Shown: piece after piece, positions 26,476-34,814 of the stretch
Layout: each line of letters starts with the position of its first letter
Position numbering within the stretch: position 1 is the first letter of the stretch
Source of the DNA: Candidatus Caldarchaeum sp.
GTDB lineage: Archaea > Thermoproteota > Nitrososphaeria_A > Caldarchaeales > Caldarchaeaceae
DNA: 59,356 nt
NCBI GenBank assembly: GCA_038832005.1
Contig: JAWBJZ010000001.1
Coordinates: 1-59,356, forward strand
Direction of reading: 5' to 3'
Notes under the pieces: generated by a model
Told to the model about the DNA's origin: nothing
What the model saw: the letters and a program-made list of their open reading frames with translations, nothing else
Databases searched by the model: none
Program-made: the position numbers and the translations under genes

Positions 26476-27737
26476 GCATAGCTACACTAGTCAGGAAAGA
26501 GCTCCGCGAGCTTCTTATGGAGAAAACAATCATCATAGGGGTTGTTCTGATGCCTCTGGTCATCCTGCCTCTAATCGGCGGCACGATAGCAATGGCAAGC
26601 AGGTCGGCAACCACTTCGACCGCTGACATACCTATCCTTTTGGTTGACAACGAAGGCGGAAAATATTCCAAAGTCTTAAGCGAGGCATTTCGTGCCGCGG
26701 GTTTCTCACCCATCACGGTCACAAACACATCCGAAAGCGTTGCTTCATTAATGGAAAGCTACCGCGTCGCCGCCACTGTTTACGTGGAAAAAGGTTTTTC
26801 CCAAAACCTGACCGATGGAAAAAGGGCCTCAGTCAAGATGTTTACGACAGTCTCTTCAATTTCCATTGCAGAGCTGCAGAAAATTTCGTCAATCCGATCG
26901 CGTATTTATTTGGCTATGGAGATGCTGGGTGAAAGACTGGCAGCCGAAACGGGAATCCATTTCTCTTTCTATAAACAGCCTGTGGAGCTAAAAAGCGGTT
27001 TGCTGTACAAAGGTAGACAGGTCTCATTAGAGGAGGCTGGAACGGTTTTCCAGCTGTACATGGCTACGATGGTGTTCGTTCCGTTGGTTTTGGTGGTCAT
27101 GGTGGCTACATCTGGAACAGTTGCTGCCACAAGCATAGGTTTGGAAAAAGAAGCAAAGACTTTGGAGATGCTTCTCACCCTTCCAATAAGCCGGACAAGC
27201 ATACTCACCGCGAAGCTCGTAGCATCCATGACCGTTGCGTTAATGGGAACAGCTTCAATGGTATTCGGGTTTGTCATATATCTGACGAATCTTCCAATGG
27301 TTGAACTTACGTCAACCGAGTTAACAATGCCTCTATCAGGTTTTACGTTGTTGTTGCTGGGATTGGTGATGTTCGTCGCATTGGTTATGACCTTATGCAT
27401 AGGAATACTTGCTGGGGTTTTAGCGGGTGATGTGCGAGGAGGTCAACAGCTGGCTGGGCTGCTGCAAATGCCACTTCTATTACTCCCCTTCTTAATCCTG
27501 CAGTTTGCCGACATAAACGGCCTACCGCCAACATTGTCCGCTGCGCTGATGTTATCCCCCTTCACACACATGTTTCTAGCGATAAAAAGCATTTATGAAG
27601 AGGCTTACCTAATGTCAGTTTTACATCTTGTTGTCATGACAGCTTTCTTGATGGTTATCTTAGTCGTAGCTAGCTGGTTTTTTAAGGGGGAACGTCTTCT
27701 CACGATGCGTGTAACCCTTAGACGGAGAAGGGGTTGA
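26472..27737 (+). CDS. ABC-2-type permease with a large extracytoplasmic loop (NatB-like)
   Basis: ATGA-coupled to the ATPase gene. N-terminal TM, a ~150-aa soluble loop, then 5-6 TMs; an ABC-2 type architecture. Confidence 0.75.
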   Translation: MSIATLVRKELRELLMEKTIIIGVVLMPLVILPLIGGTIAMASRSATTSTADIPILLVDNEGGKYSKVLSEAFRAAGFSPITVTNTSESVASLMESYRVAATVYVEKGFSQNLTDGKRASVKMFTTVSSISIAELQKISSIRSRIYLAMEMLGERLAAETGIHFSFYKQPVELKSGLLYKGRQVSLEEAGTVFQLYMATMVFVPLVLVVMVATSGTVAATSIGLEKEAKTLEMLLTLPISRTSILTAKLVASMTVALMGTASMVFGFVIYLTNLPMVELTSTELTMPLSGFTLLLLGLVMFVALVMTLCIGILAGVLAGDVRGGQQLAGLLQMPLLLLPFLILQFADINGLPPTLSAALMLSPFTHMFLAIKSIYEEAYLMSVLHLVVMTAFLMVILVVASWFFKGERLLTMRVTLRRRRG

Positions 27738-27789
27738 TGAAATTTAAGCAATAGCTTCAGCTGTCCTCGCTGTCTTCCTTCTTTCAAGT
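27688..27789. repeat. right copy of the direct repeat (functional permease/pyrG convergent junction)
   Basis: See 25499..25599. It covers the last ~16 codons of the permease, a 6-nt spacer and the last ~15 codons of pyrG. Confidence 0.8.
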
Positions 27790-29369
27790 GCCGCTTTAAC
27801 GAAGCCAAGGTAGGAGGGCTCGGGCTTGTTGGGTCTGGAAAGATATTCTGGATGGAATTGGGTTGCGAGGAAAAACCTGTTGCGTGGGTTCTCGATTATC
27901 TCCACTCTATTGCCGTCGGGTGAAAAACCTGAAAACACAAGCCCATAATCTCGGAGAATAGTCCAGTACTCTCTGGAGACTTCGTAGCGGTGGCGGTGCC
28001 GTTGGCTAACCTCGTTCGTTTTATAGAGACTGTGGGCTAGCGTGCCCTCAACTATCTTAACGGGAGAGGCGCCTAGCCTCATAGTTCCACCAAGCTCTTT
28101 GACAGCCTTTTGTTCAGGCATCAAGTCTATGACGGGATGTTCAGTCGAAGGGTTCAGCTCCGTTGAGTTAGCGTCCTTCAACCCGCATACATGTCGGGCA
28201 AACTCCACCACAGACAGCTGAAGCCCGAAGCATATTCCCAGGAAGGGAATGTCGTTCTCCCTACAGTGTTTTATACATTGTATCATTCCCTCGGTGCCAC
28301 GTCTGCCGAAACCACCAGGAACGAGGACGCCGTCGTAGCTTGAAAGCGAGTCGACTTTTCTTGAACTGTTCTCAAACTCCTCCGTGTTAACCCAGTCTAT
28401 ATCCACGTATGCGCCGATGTTTACGCCGGCGTGTTGAAGGGCCTCTTTGACGCTTACATAGGAGTCCGCCAGCTTTGTATACTTTCCGCAAACAGCTATC
28501 TTAACAACATGACGTGGGTTTTCATACATTTCAACAACTTTACGCCATTCACTCCAATCGGGTGTTCGTTTCTTCACACCTAAACGCTGAACCACGTAGT
28601 CCCCCATCCCCTGTTCCTCTAGAATCACAGGCACCTTGTATACGTATTTGACATCGTAGGATGTGAACACGGCTTTCTCTGTTAACGTCCCGAACAAAGC
28701 TATTTTTCTCCGAGTCTCAGCATCTACCGGAACCTCGCACCGGGCCACGATGATGTCAGGCTGTATGCCTAATCCCCGCAGCATGTTCACGCTGTGCTGC
28801 AGAGCCTTCGTCTTGAACTCTCCCGTGGCTTTTAAAGTAAGGACGAGAGCAACGTGTATGAACAAAGTGTTTTCCACACCTTCTTCAAGCCTCATCTGAC
28901 GTATTGCTTCAAGAAACGGCTGGCCCTCAATATCCCCGACCGTTCCCCCAACCTCGACAATCAAAACATCTACGTCGCGGGCAACAGCCCTGATGCGTGC
29001 TTTAATCTCGTCCGTGACATGTGGAACTATCTGGACACATTGTCCAAGGTAGTCTCCACGTCTCTCCCTCCCTATCACCTCGGCGTAAATCTGTCCTGTG
29101 GTTATGTTGTTGAGCTTTGAAGTTCTTATGTCAAGAAACCTTTCATACCATCCGAGGTCCAGGTCTGTCTCGCCGCCGTCGTCTGTAACGAAAACTTCGC
29201 CGTGGGAGAAAGGGTTTAGGGTTCCAGCGTCAACGTTGACGTAGGGGTCGATCTTGACAAAGCCGGTCTTAACTCCTCTCACGTCGAGAATTTTCCCGAC
29301 GGAAGCCGCTACGGTTCCCTTCCCCACACTGCTTACGACGCCGCCTGTGACGAAAACGTATTTAGGCAT
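27744..29369 (-). CDS. pyrG: CTP synthase
   Basis: 'KYVFVTGGVVSSVGKG', 'DPYVNVDAGTLNPFSHGEVFVTDDG', 'GGTVGDIEGQPFLEA', glutaminase domain 'LGICFGLQ', 'RHRHRYEV', 'ATQFHPE'. Start set at the internal ATG 29369 (MPKYVFV). Confidence 0.96.
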   Translation of the reverse strand: MPKYVFVTGGVVSSVGKGTVAASVGKILDVRGVKTGFVKIDPYVNVDAGTLNPFSHGEVFVTDDGGETDLDLGWYERFLDIRTSKLNNITTGQIYAEVIGRERRGDYLGQCVQIVPHVTDEIKARIRAVARDVDVLIVEVGGTVGDIEGQPFLEAIRQMRLEEGVENTLFIHVALVLTLKATGEFKTKALQHSVNMLRGLGIQPDIIVARCEVPVDAETRRKIALFGTLTEKAVFTSYDVKYVYKVPVILEEQGMGDYVVQRLGVKKRTPDWSEWRKVVEMYENPRHVVKIAVCGKYTKLADSYVSVKEALQHAGVNIGAYVDIDWVNTEEFENSSRKVDSLSSYDGVLVPGGFGRRGTEGMIQCIKHCRENDIPFLGICFGLQLSVVEFARHVCGLKDANSTELNPSTEHPVIDLMPEQKAVKELGGTMRLGASPVKIVEGTLAHSLYKTNEVSQRHRHRYEVSREYWTILRDYGLVFSGFSPDGNRVEIIENPRNRFFLATQFHPEYLSRPNKPEPSYLGFVKAALERRKTARTAEAIA

Positions 29370-29412
29370 ATTATACTGTGTTGTAAGAAGTTTAAAGACC
29401 TTTCGAAACGGG

Positions 29413-30828
29413 CTAAGGCCTTTGCGCGGGAGCCCTGCCTGAGAGACGTATGCTAGGAGTGAAAAGATAGAGTACAAAAGCGGTTACCGCCACCGCGGCA
29501 GCGAAAGACATGGACTGAGCTATCGAGGCGGTGAATTGTGCTTTTTCCGCTGCAGATAAGACCGCCGAAGACGTGTTTAAGGATTCCACACTGCTGACCG
29601 TCGACGAGATAGGTATATACAGCACAGCAGCGGAAATCGCACCCCCTATAAGCCTTAGGAAGCTGAGGAGCGACGTTGCTATTCCCAAGACGCTCCGGTC
29701 CACTAGCGTTTGAGTCGTTATTAAGAACGTTGACACTGTGAAGCCCATTCCAACACCAACCAGTGCAAGCCCCGCTAGCAGTGTTTGTAGGCCTAGGCTT
29801 AACAGAGTTAACAGCGCCGTCCCAGAGACAAGGGCGGCTCCGCTTATGAAGACAGGAATTCTTACCGTGGACTTTACGACGATTCTCGCAGCTATGTTGG
29901 ATGCTAGAACCCATCCTAGGACAAGTGGAAGAACCAGAGTGCCTGACGTCGTCGCTGAGAACCCTTCCACCCACTGTAGATATAAAGGTATGTAGGCGAT
30001 TATTCCGAAGAAAACGAACCCTGCGAGAAAGTTTCCTACAAAACCCGTTCGCAACACCTTGTCCCTAAACAGATGAAAAGGTATGAGAGGGGATTCCGAC
30101 CTCCTTTCGTTGAAAAGGAACAGCGAAAAAACAGCTCCTGAGAATAGCAGAATCAGCGTTGAGGTTCCGAAGGTTTCAAATTCATTAAGGTAGAGGAGAA
30201 GAGACGTGGCCGCCGCCATGAACAGAACAGCTCCTTTGACATCCACCTTCGCGTAGCCCCTGCCCGCATCTTTTATACTTCTCATGCCTACAAGCAAGCA
30301 CACCATGCCCGCGGGAAGGTTTATCAAAAAAATCCACCTCCAGCTTATGTTGTCGACGATGAACCCGCCGAGAGGTGGGCCGACGATGCTTGCTAACGCC
30401 CATACAGATGATGTGTAACCTGTGGCTTTCGCCCTCTCTTTGAGGCTGAACAGCTCGCCCAACAAAGTGAAAGTAAGTATGAGTAACGCACCTCCTCCAA
30501 AACCTTGGACGGCACGGAAGACTATGAGCTGCAGCATGCTTGAGGCAACGCCGCACAGAAGGCTTCCCACCAAGAACAGCATGAGGCCTATGATGTAAAT
30601 CAGACGGCGGCCGTAAACATCGCTTACCCTTCCCCACAACGGCCCTGAAACCGTTGACGTGAGGATGTAAGCGGTAAAAGCCCAGCTGTATATGTCAAAA
30701 CCCTGCAGGGCGGTTACTATGGACGGCATGGCCACCGCGACAACGGTGGAGTCCACGGCAGCGAGGAAAATACCCAGCATCAAACCAAATAAAAGCAACC
30801 TCCGTCCGCGTTCTTCCATTGCCGTCAA
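29413..30828 (-). CDS. MFS transporter, 14-TM drug:H+ antiporter (DHA2/EmrB-like)
   Basis: 'FLAAVDSTVVAVAMPSI', 'GRVSDVYGRR', 'RAVQGFGGGAL'; about 14 hydrophobic segments. Confidence 0.82.
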   Translation of the reverse strand: MTAMEERGRRLLLFGLMLGIFLAAVDSTVVAVAMPSIVTALQGFDIYSWAFTAYILTSTVSGPLWGRVSDVYGRRLIYIIGLMLFLVGSLLCGVASSMLQLIVFRAVQGFGGGALLILTFTLLGELFSLKERAKATGYTSSVWALASIVGPPLGGFIVDNISWRWIFLINLPAGMVCLLVGMRSIKDAGRGYAKVDVKGAVLFMAAATSLLLYLNEFETFGTSTLILLFSGAVFSLFLFNERRSESPLIPFHLFRDKVLRTGFVGNFLAGFVFFGIIAYIPLYLQWVEGFSATTSGTLVLPLVLGWVLASNIAARIVVKSTVRIPVFISGAALVSGTALLTLLSLGLQTLLAGLALVGVGMGFTVSTFLITTQTLVDRSVLGIATSLLSFLRLIGGAISAAVLYIPISSTVSSVESLNTSSAVLSAAEKAQFTASIAQSMSFAAAVAVTAFVLYLFTPSIRLSGRAPAQRP

Positions 30829-30925
30829 GTAAAATACCGTATGATTTAACGCTGAACTATGGTTTAACCTGTTCGTGTTTTTGGGAAAGAATTTAAATCA
30901 GAGCGCGGGCAATACTGGCTAGACC

Positions 30926-31519
30926 ATGCCCAAGAATAAGGGGAGGGGAGCGTCTGTCAAAACCTATCTTGCCTTCATACCTGCAGTGGTTCTAGTCGCC
31001 TTCATCGTCTACCTTGTTGCAACTCCTCCATCTCCCAGCCTAACCACCGTTACTACCACGGCTCAGACATCGGTCAGCGTCGGCGGCCAAGCATCTTCCT
31101 TCAGCCTCAACTTGATAGACGGACAGGGGCTGAAGGACCAAAAATTCGACTTCAACCCAGCGAGCGGGAAGCTGGTTTTCATGGACTTTATCCATGAATG
31201 GTGTGTTCACTGCAACAACATGGCGCCTATTATCGAGATGCTGTACACCAACTACAAGGATAAGGATGTTGTCTTCATAACTGTGGCGGGAGGACAGAAC
31301 ACAGATGCTCAGAAAACCGCTAACTACATAAGAAAACACAGGGTTAGTTGGACGGCTGTCTTCGACCCTCAGCTAGAAGTTTTCAGAAAATACGGAGTCA
31401 GAGGAACCCCTACATACTTCATCATAGACCCGAAAGGTTTGATTTTGGTCAAGCTTGAGGGAGAGCAGACGTACGGGACACTTGCGCAAGAGCTCGATAA
31501 ATATTTGAGGCATAGATGA
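30926..31519 (+). CDS. membrane-anchored thioredoxin-fold thiol:disulfide oxidoreductase (TlpA/DsbA-like)
   Basis: N-terminal TM 'AFIPAVVLVAFIVYLV', CxxC 'WCVHC', 'GVRGTPTYFII' cis-Pro loop. Confidence 0.8.
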   Translation: MPKNKGRGASVKTYLAFIPAVVLVAFIVYLVATPPSPSLTTVTTTAQTSVSVGGQASSFSLNLIDGQGLKDQKFDFNPASGKLVFMDFIHEWCVHCNNMAPIIEMLYTNYKDKDVVFITVAGGQNTDAQKTANYIRKHRVSWTAVFDPQLEVFRKYGVRGTPTYFIIDPKGLILVKLEGEQTYGTLAQELDKYLRHR

Positions 31520-31908
31520 TCGCAAGCTACGGCGCTGCAGCAGCATCGCTAGCGGGATTGGTTTTATCTATTTACTTAACCATCGCACCAACCCCACAGT
31601 TCTGCGAAATAACCAGCTTTATGTCATGCGACAGAGTTCTATCAAGCCCCTATGCCAAGGTGATGGGTGTGCCGACAGCGCTTTACGGGGCTGGATGGTT
31701 CGCGGCAGCTTCCACGGCGGCGTTTCTCTCGTCTGAGAAGAGGTGGGCGGCGAGGTTTCTTGTCGCATGGTCTTTGTTGGGGATTCTCGGCATAGCCGCG
31801 CTAATATACGTGGAGCTTGTTTTGATAAACGCCTTATGCATTCTGTGCACAGCCGCTCACGTCCTAGGTTTAGCGGTGGCCATTTTGACTTTCTTCATCA
31901 ACCGTTAA
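31516..31908 (+). CDS. vitamin K epoxide reductase (VKOR) family protein
   Basis: ATGA-coupled to the thioredoxin-like gene. 4 TMs, loop Cys pair 'FCEITSFMSC', 'VMGVPTALYG', TM4 'CILC'. Confidence 0.78.
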   Translation: MIASYGAAAASLAGLVLSIYLTIAPTPQFCEITSFMSCDRVLSSPYAKVMGVPTALYGAGWFAAASTAAFLSSEKRWAARFLVAWSLLGILGIAALIYVELVLINALCILCTAAHVLGLAVAILTFFINR

Positions 31909-31921
31909 CAGGCGGTGAACT

Positions 31922-32272
31922 TTAACGGCCTGAAGCCGATAGAACTAATGCGTTTGCCGCTGCGGCGACGACGAAGAATGAGAGGATCAAATGAATGAAT
32001 GCGGCGGTCTCCACGTCCGCTAGGATGAAGATTCCAGCTATTCCCTGAACCATGAACAGCAGGAGAAGGAATGAGATGTCGGCCGAGACGTGGTGTGTTT
32101 GGCGTCTCAGGCTTCGTGCCAACCCAACCACCATCAAAGCTGTGACAACCCCCAAACCGATGTGTAGTGGTGTTACGATGTTGGGGTCGGCGAGCTCAAA
32201 CCTTATCGCTATTCCCTGAGCCAGCTGCACCACCGTCAGCATCAAAACGAGAAAGATTGCCCTTGTTATCAT
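31922..32272 (-). CDS. 4-TM membrane protein with a His in TM2 and TM4
   Basis: 116 aa; 'TPLHIGLGVVTAL' and 'AAFIHLILSFF'. Family not recognised. A compact heme A synthase-like protein is only a loose possibility. Confidence 0.4.
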   Translation of the reverse strand: MITRAIFLVLMLTVVQLAQGIAIRFELADPNIVTPLHIGLGVVTALMVVGLARSLRRQTHHVSADISFLLLLFMVQGIAGIFILADVETAAFIHLILSFFVVAAAANALVLSASGR

Positions 32273-32370
32273 CGACTATGGCTTTGCTGGGATGTTTAAA
32301 AACCTAAACCCATGACGCCCGTATGAATGACATTCAAATGGGTTTTTCGACGGTTAAATGACAGCAGAAA

Positions 32371-32384
32371 CCAATAAATATTGG
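32371..32384. promoter_or_regulatory. perfect 14-bp palindrome CCAATA-AA-TATTGG overlapping an AT-rich TATA-like element upstream of glnA
   Basis: Read directly. It lies 42 nt upstream of the TTG at 32426 and 72 nt upstream of the ATG at 32456. Confidence 0.3.
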
Positions 32385-32425
32385 CTTAATACCATCTATG
32401 AACTTGTTGATGAGGTGGATGGGTA

Positions 32426-33880
32426 TTGCAGGAAGCTAGGCTAAAGCCGTGGTCGATGACCAAGGACGACGTAGCGGAAGCCATTCAAGCACAGGACATA
32501 AAGTTTCTAGACCTTCAGCTCACAGACGTGTTCGGAAAACTTCATCACATAACCATCTCGACGCGCTATGTCGACGAAAACACTTTCAGCGTGGGAGTGG
32601 CCAAGCTGGACGGCTCCTCGATCAGAGGTTTCGCAGAAATACACGAGTCAGACATGTTGGTCCGGCCTGACCCATCAACCTTCGCGATAATACCTTGGAG
32701 CCTCGACGGTAAGAAAACAGCGAGAATGATATGCGATGTCTACAGGGGATTTGGCGGCGGAAGGTTCAGCCGAGACCCACGATACGCAGCCCAGAAAGCC
32801 GAAGAATACCTGAAAACGCTAGGCTTTGACACTTCATACTGGGGTCCTGAGATCGAGTTTTTCGTCTTCGACAGGGTGCAGTGGGATGTCACTTCTCCAT
32901 ACAGCGGGGTCAGCTACAAGATAGAGTCACGTGAAGCCGCTTGGAACTCGGATGGAACATCCCTACCCATAAGGTTCAAGGAAGGATACTATCCTGCGCC
33001 GCCGCAAGACACTTTGATGGAGTACAGGAACGAGGTCTGCAGACTTCTAACCGATTACTTCGGAATAGAAGTGGATGCCCATCATCATGAGGTGGCTACA
33101 GCAGGCCAGTGTGAGATAGACATGAGGTTCGACACGCTTGTCAGAATGGCTGACAAGGCTCAGACATACAAGTACGTGGCCAGAAACGTCGCAACCCAGA
33201 TGGGCATGGTGGCGACTTTCATGCCCAAGCCGATATTCGGCGACAACGCCTCAGGGATGCACGTGCACGTAAGCCTCTGGAACAAGGGAGTAAACCTGTT
33301 CTACGACGAAAACGACGAATATGCAGAACTAAGCCAAACAGGCCGGTATTTCGTCGGAGGACTTCTGGAACATAGCAGAGCTCTTGCAGCCATAACCAAC
33401 CCGACGACAAACTCGTACAGAAGGCTGGTTCCAGGCTATGAAGCGCCTGTGTTCATCGCTTGGAGTAGGTCCAACAGGTCGGCCAACGTGCGCGTTCCCG
33501 TCTACTACAGAGGTAAAGGCGGCATGAAGAGCAAACGTATTGAGTTCAGGACTCCGGATACGTCAGCCAACCCCTACCTATGCTTTGCAGCGATGGCCGC
33601 TGCAGGCGCGGATGGTGTGAAGAGAAAGCTAGACCCCGGAGACCCTGTTAACGAAGACATCTACAAGCTCAGCCCCGAGAGACGAAGGCAGCTGGGAATA
33701 AAGGAGCTTCCGGGAAGCCTGAAGGAGGCGATTGAAGAACTACTCAGCGACAGCGAGTTCATCAAGCCAGTGATCTCCGAAGACTTGATAGAGGTCATGA
33801 CAGAGCTGCAGTTGAAAGCATTCGTGGACGTCAGCACCAAACCGCATCCATACGAATTCTATCTCTACTTCGACGTGTGA
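32426..33880 (+). CDS. glnA: glutamine synthetase type I
   Basis: 'FLDLQLTDVFGKLHHITI', 'DGSSIRGF', 'GPEIEFFVF', 'HHHEVATAGQCEID', 'KPIFGDNASGMHVHVSLW', 'NSYRRLVPGYEAP', 'RIEFRTPD'. The start may instead be the ATG at 32456. Confidence 0.96.
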   Translation: MQEARLKPWSMTKDDVAEAIQAQDIKFLDLQLTDVFGKLHHITISTRYVDENTFSVGVAKLDGSSIRGFAEIHESDMLVRPDPSTFAIIPWSLDGKKTARMICDVYRGFGGGRFSRDPRYAAQKAEEYLKTLGFDTSYWGPEIEFFVFDRVQWDVTSPYSGVSYKIESREAAWNSDGTSLPIRFKEGYYPAPPQDTLMEYRNEVCRLLTDYFGIEVDAHHHEVATAGQCEIDMRFDTLVRMADKAQTYKYVARNVATQMGMVATFMPKPIFGDNASGMHVHVSLWNKGVNLFYDENDEYAELSQTGRYFVGGLLEHSRALAAITNPTTNSYRRLVPGYEAPVFIAWSRSNRSANVRVPVYYRGKGGMKSKRIEFRTPDTSANPYLCFAAMAAAGADGVKRKLDPGDPVNEDIYKLSPERRRQLGIKELPGSLKEAIEELLSDSEFIKPVISEDLIEVMTELQLKAFVDVSTKPHPYEFYLYFDV

Positions 33881-33886
33881 CCGGAG

Positions 33887-34141
33887 ATGGTTAAGGCATA
33901 TGTTCTTGTGTCCACAAAGCCTGGAACATCAGAGGAAGTCACGAAAAATCTCAGGGAAGCTAGGGAGGTTAAGGGCGTTGTCGCAGCCGATTCCGTATTC
34001 GGACGATACGATGTCATAATAACCGTTGAAGTGGCAGACTTGCCTGAGCTTTCGCAGCTCATATACAAGGTGATAGAAAAGATACCTAACGTTGTAAAGA
34101 CTGAAACCTGCATAGTTCTCTTCAGCGAGGGCGGTAAATGA
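33887..34141 (+). CDS. stand-alone RAM (Lrp/AsnC ligand-binding) domain protein 1
   Basis: 84 aa; 'AYVLVSTKPGTSEEVTKNLREAREVKGVVAADSVFGRYDVIITVEVADLPELSQLIYKVIEKIPNVVKTETCIV'. This is the beta-alpha-beta-beta-alpha-beta pattern of DM1/SraA-type proteins. It starts 6 nt after the glnA stop. Confidence 0.75.
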   Translation: MVKAYVLVSTKPGTSEEVTKNLREAREVKGVVAADSVFGRYDVIITVEVADLPELSQLIYKVIEKIPNVVKTETCIVLFSEGGK

Positions 34142-34497
34142 AGGTAATGGCGTACGTGCTTGTTCAAACCCTTCCTGGAACGTCGCACGAGGTTGTCGCC
34201 TCGCGAAATGTGCCAGGCGTTATAATGGCCAACAGCGTTTTCGGACGATACGACGCTGTGATAGTGATGTCTGCAGACAGTTTGAAGGACCTTTCCCGAA
34301 AGGTCTACGAAGCCGTTGGAAGGCTCCCCTACGTTGTCAAGGTAGAAACGCTGGTCTGCATGCCGTCTGTGCCCGAGCAGCCGCCGAAAAAACGCGAGGA
34401 ACTCAGGCTCGTAACCTCTTTCCACTGCCCCAGCTGCCATGCCCTGAACGAGGTAGGGGCAGCCGTCTGCTATTTCTGCGGATACAGCTTCCAATAG
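34138..34497 (+). CDS. RAM-domain protein 2 with a C-terminal zinc ribbon
   Basis: ATGA-coupled to the previous gene. 'AYVLVQTLPGTSHEVVASRNVPGVIMANSVFGRYDAVIVMSADSLKDLSRKVYEAVGRLPYVVKVETLV', then 'CPSCHALNEVGAAVCYFCG'. Confidence 0.72.
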   Translation: MKVMAYVLVQTLPGTSHEVVASRNVPGVIMANSVFGRYDAVIVMSADSLKDLSRKVYEAVGRLPYVVKVETLVCMPSVPEQPPKKREELRLVTSFHCPSCHALNEVGAAVCYFCGYSFQ

Positions 34498-34547
34498 TTT
34501 TTTACAAATTTTTATAGCGGCTATGGCCATTTCTTTCGGGCAAGCCT

Positions 34548-34778
34548 ATGCCGATAGCTTTCCTGCTGCTAAACGTGAAGTTGGGGAAGGAAGAGGAGGT
34601 TCTAAACGCGCTCAAAGCGGTAAAGGAGGTTAAGTACGCTCACCGCGTTTACGGCGTCTACGACACTGTGGTAAAGGTGGAGGCTGATTCGATGGATGCC
34701 TTGAAGCAAGTGGTCAACACGCGTATCAAGAAGATCGAAAACATCACGTCAGTGATTTCGTTGATAGTTATGGCGTAG
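34548..34778 (+). CDS. stand-alone RAM domain protein 3
   Basis: 76 aa; 'AFLLLNVKLGKEEEVLNALKAVKEVKYAHRVYGVYDTVVKVEADSMDALKQVVNTRIKKIENITSVISLIV'. Confidence 0.75.
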   Translation: MPIAFLLLNVKLGKEEEVLNALKAVKEVKYAHRVYGVYDTVVKVEADSMDALKQVVNTRIKKIENITSVISLIVMA

Positions 34779-34814
34779 GGTGAGTCACAGGCTGTTTGCG
34801 TGCTTAGAAGGTAG

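Noticed and set aside
29370-29477. N-terminal extensions in the ORF track for pyrG (also thiolase 46624..46713, NpdG-like 53763..53807, sufS 709..750, aIF1A 36734..36760)
   Set aside because: In each case the conserved family N-terminus begins at an internal Met (for example MPKYVFVTGG, MINLISVRDVAIVG, MRVSVLGGTG). The upstream residues are low-complexity or overlap the neighbouring gene.
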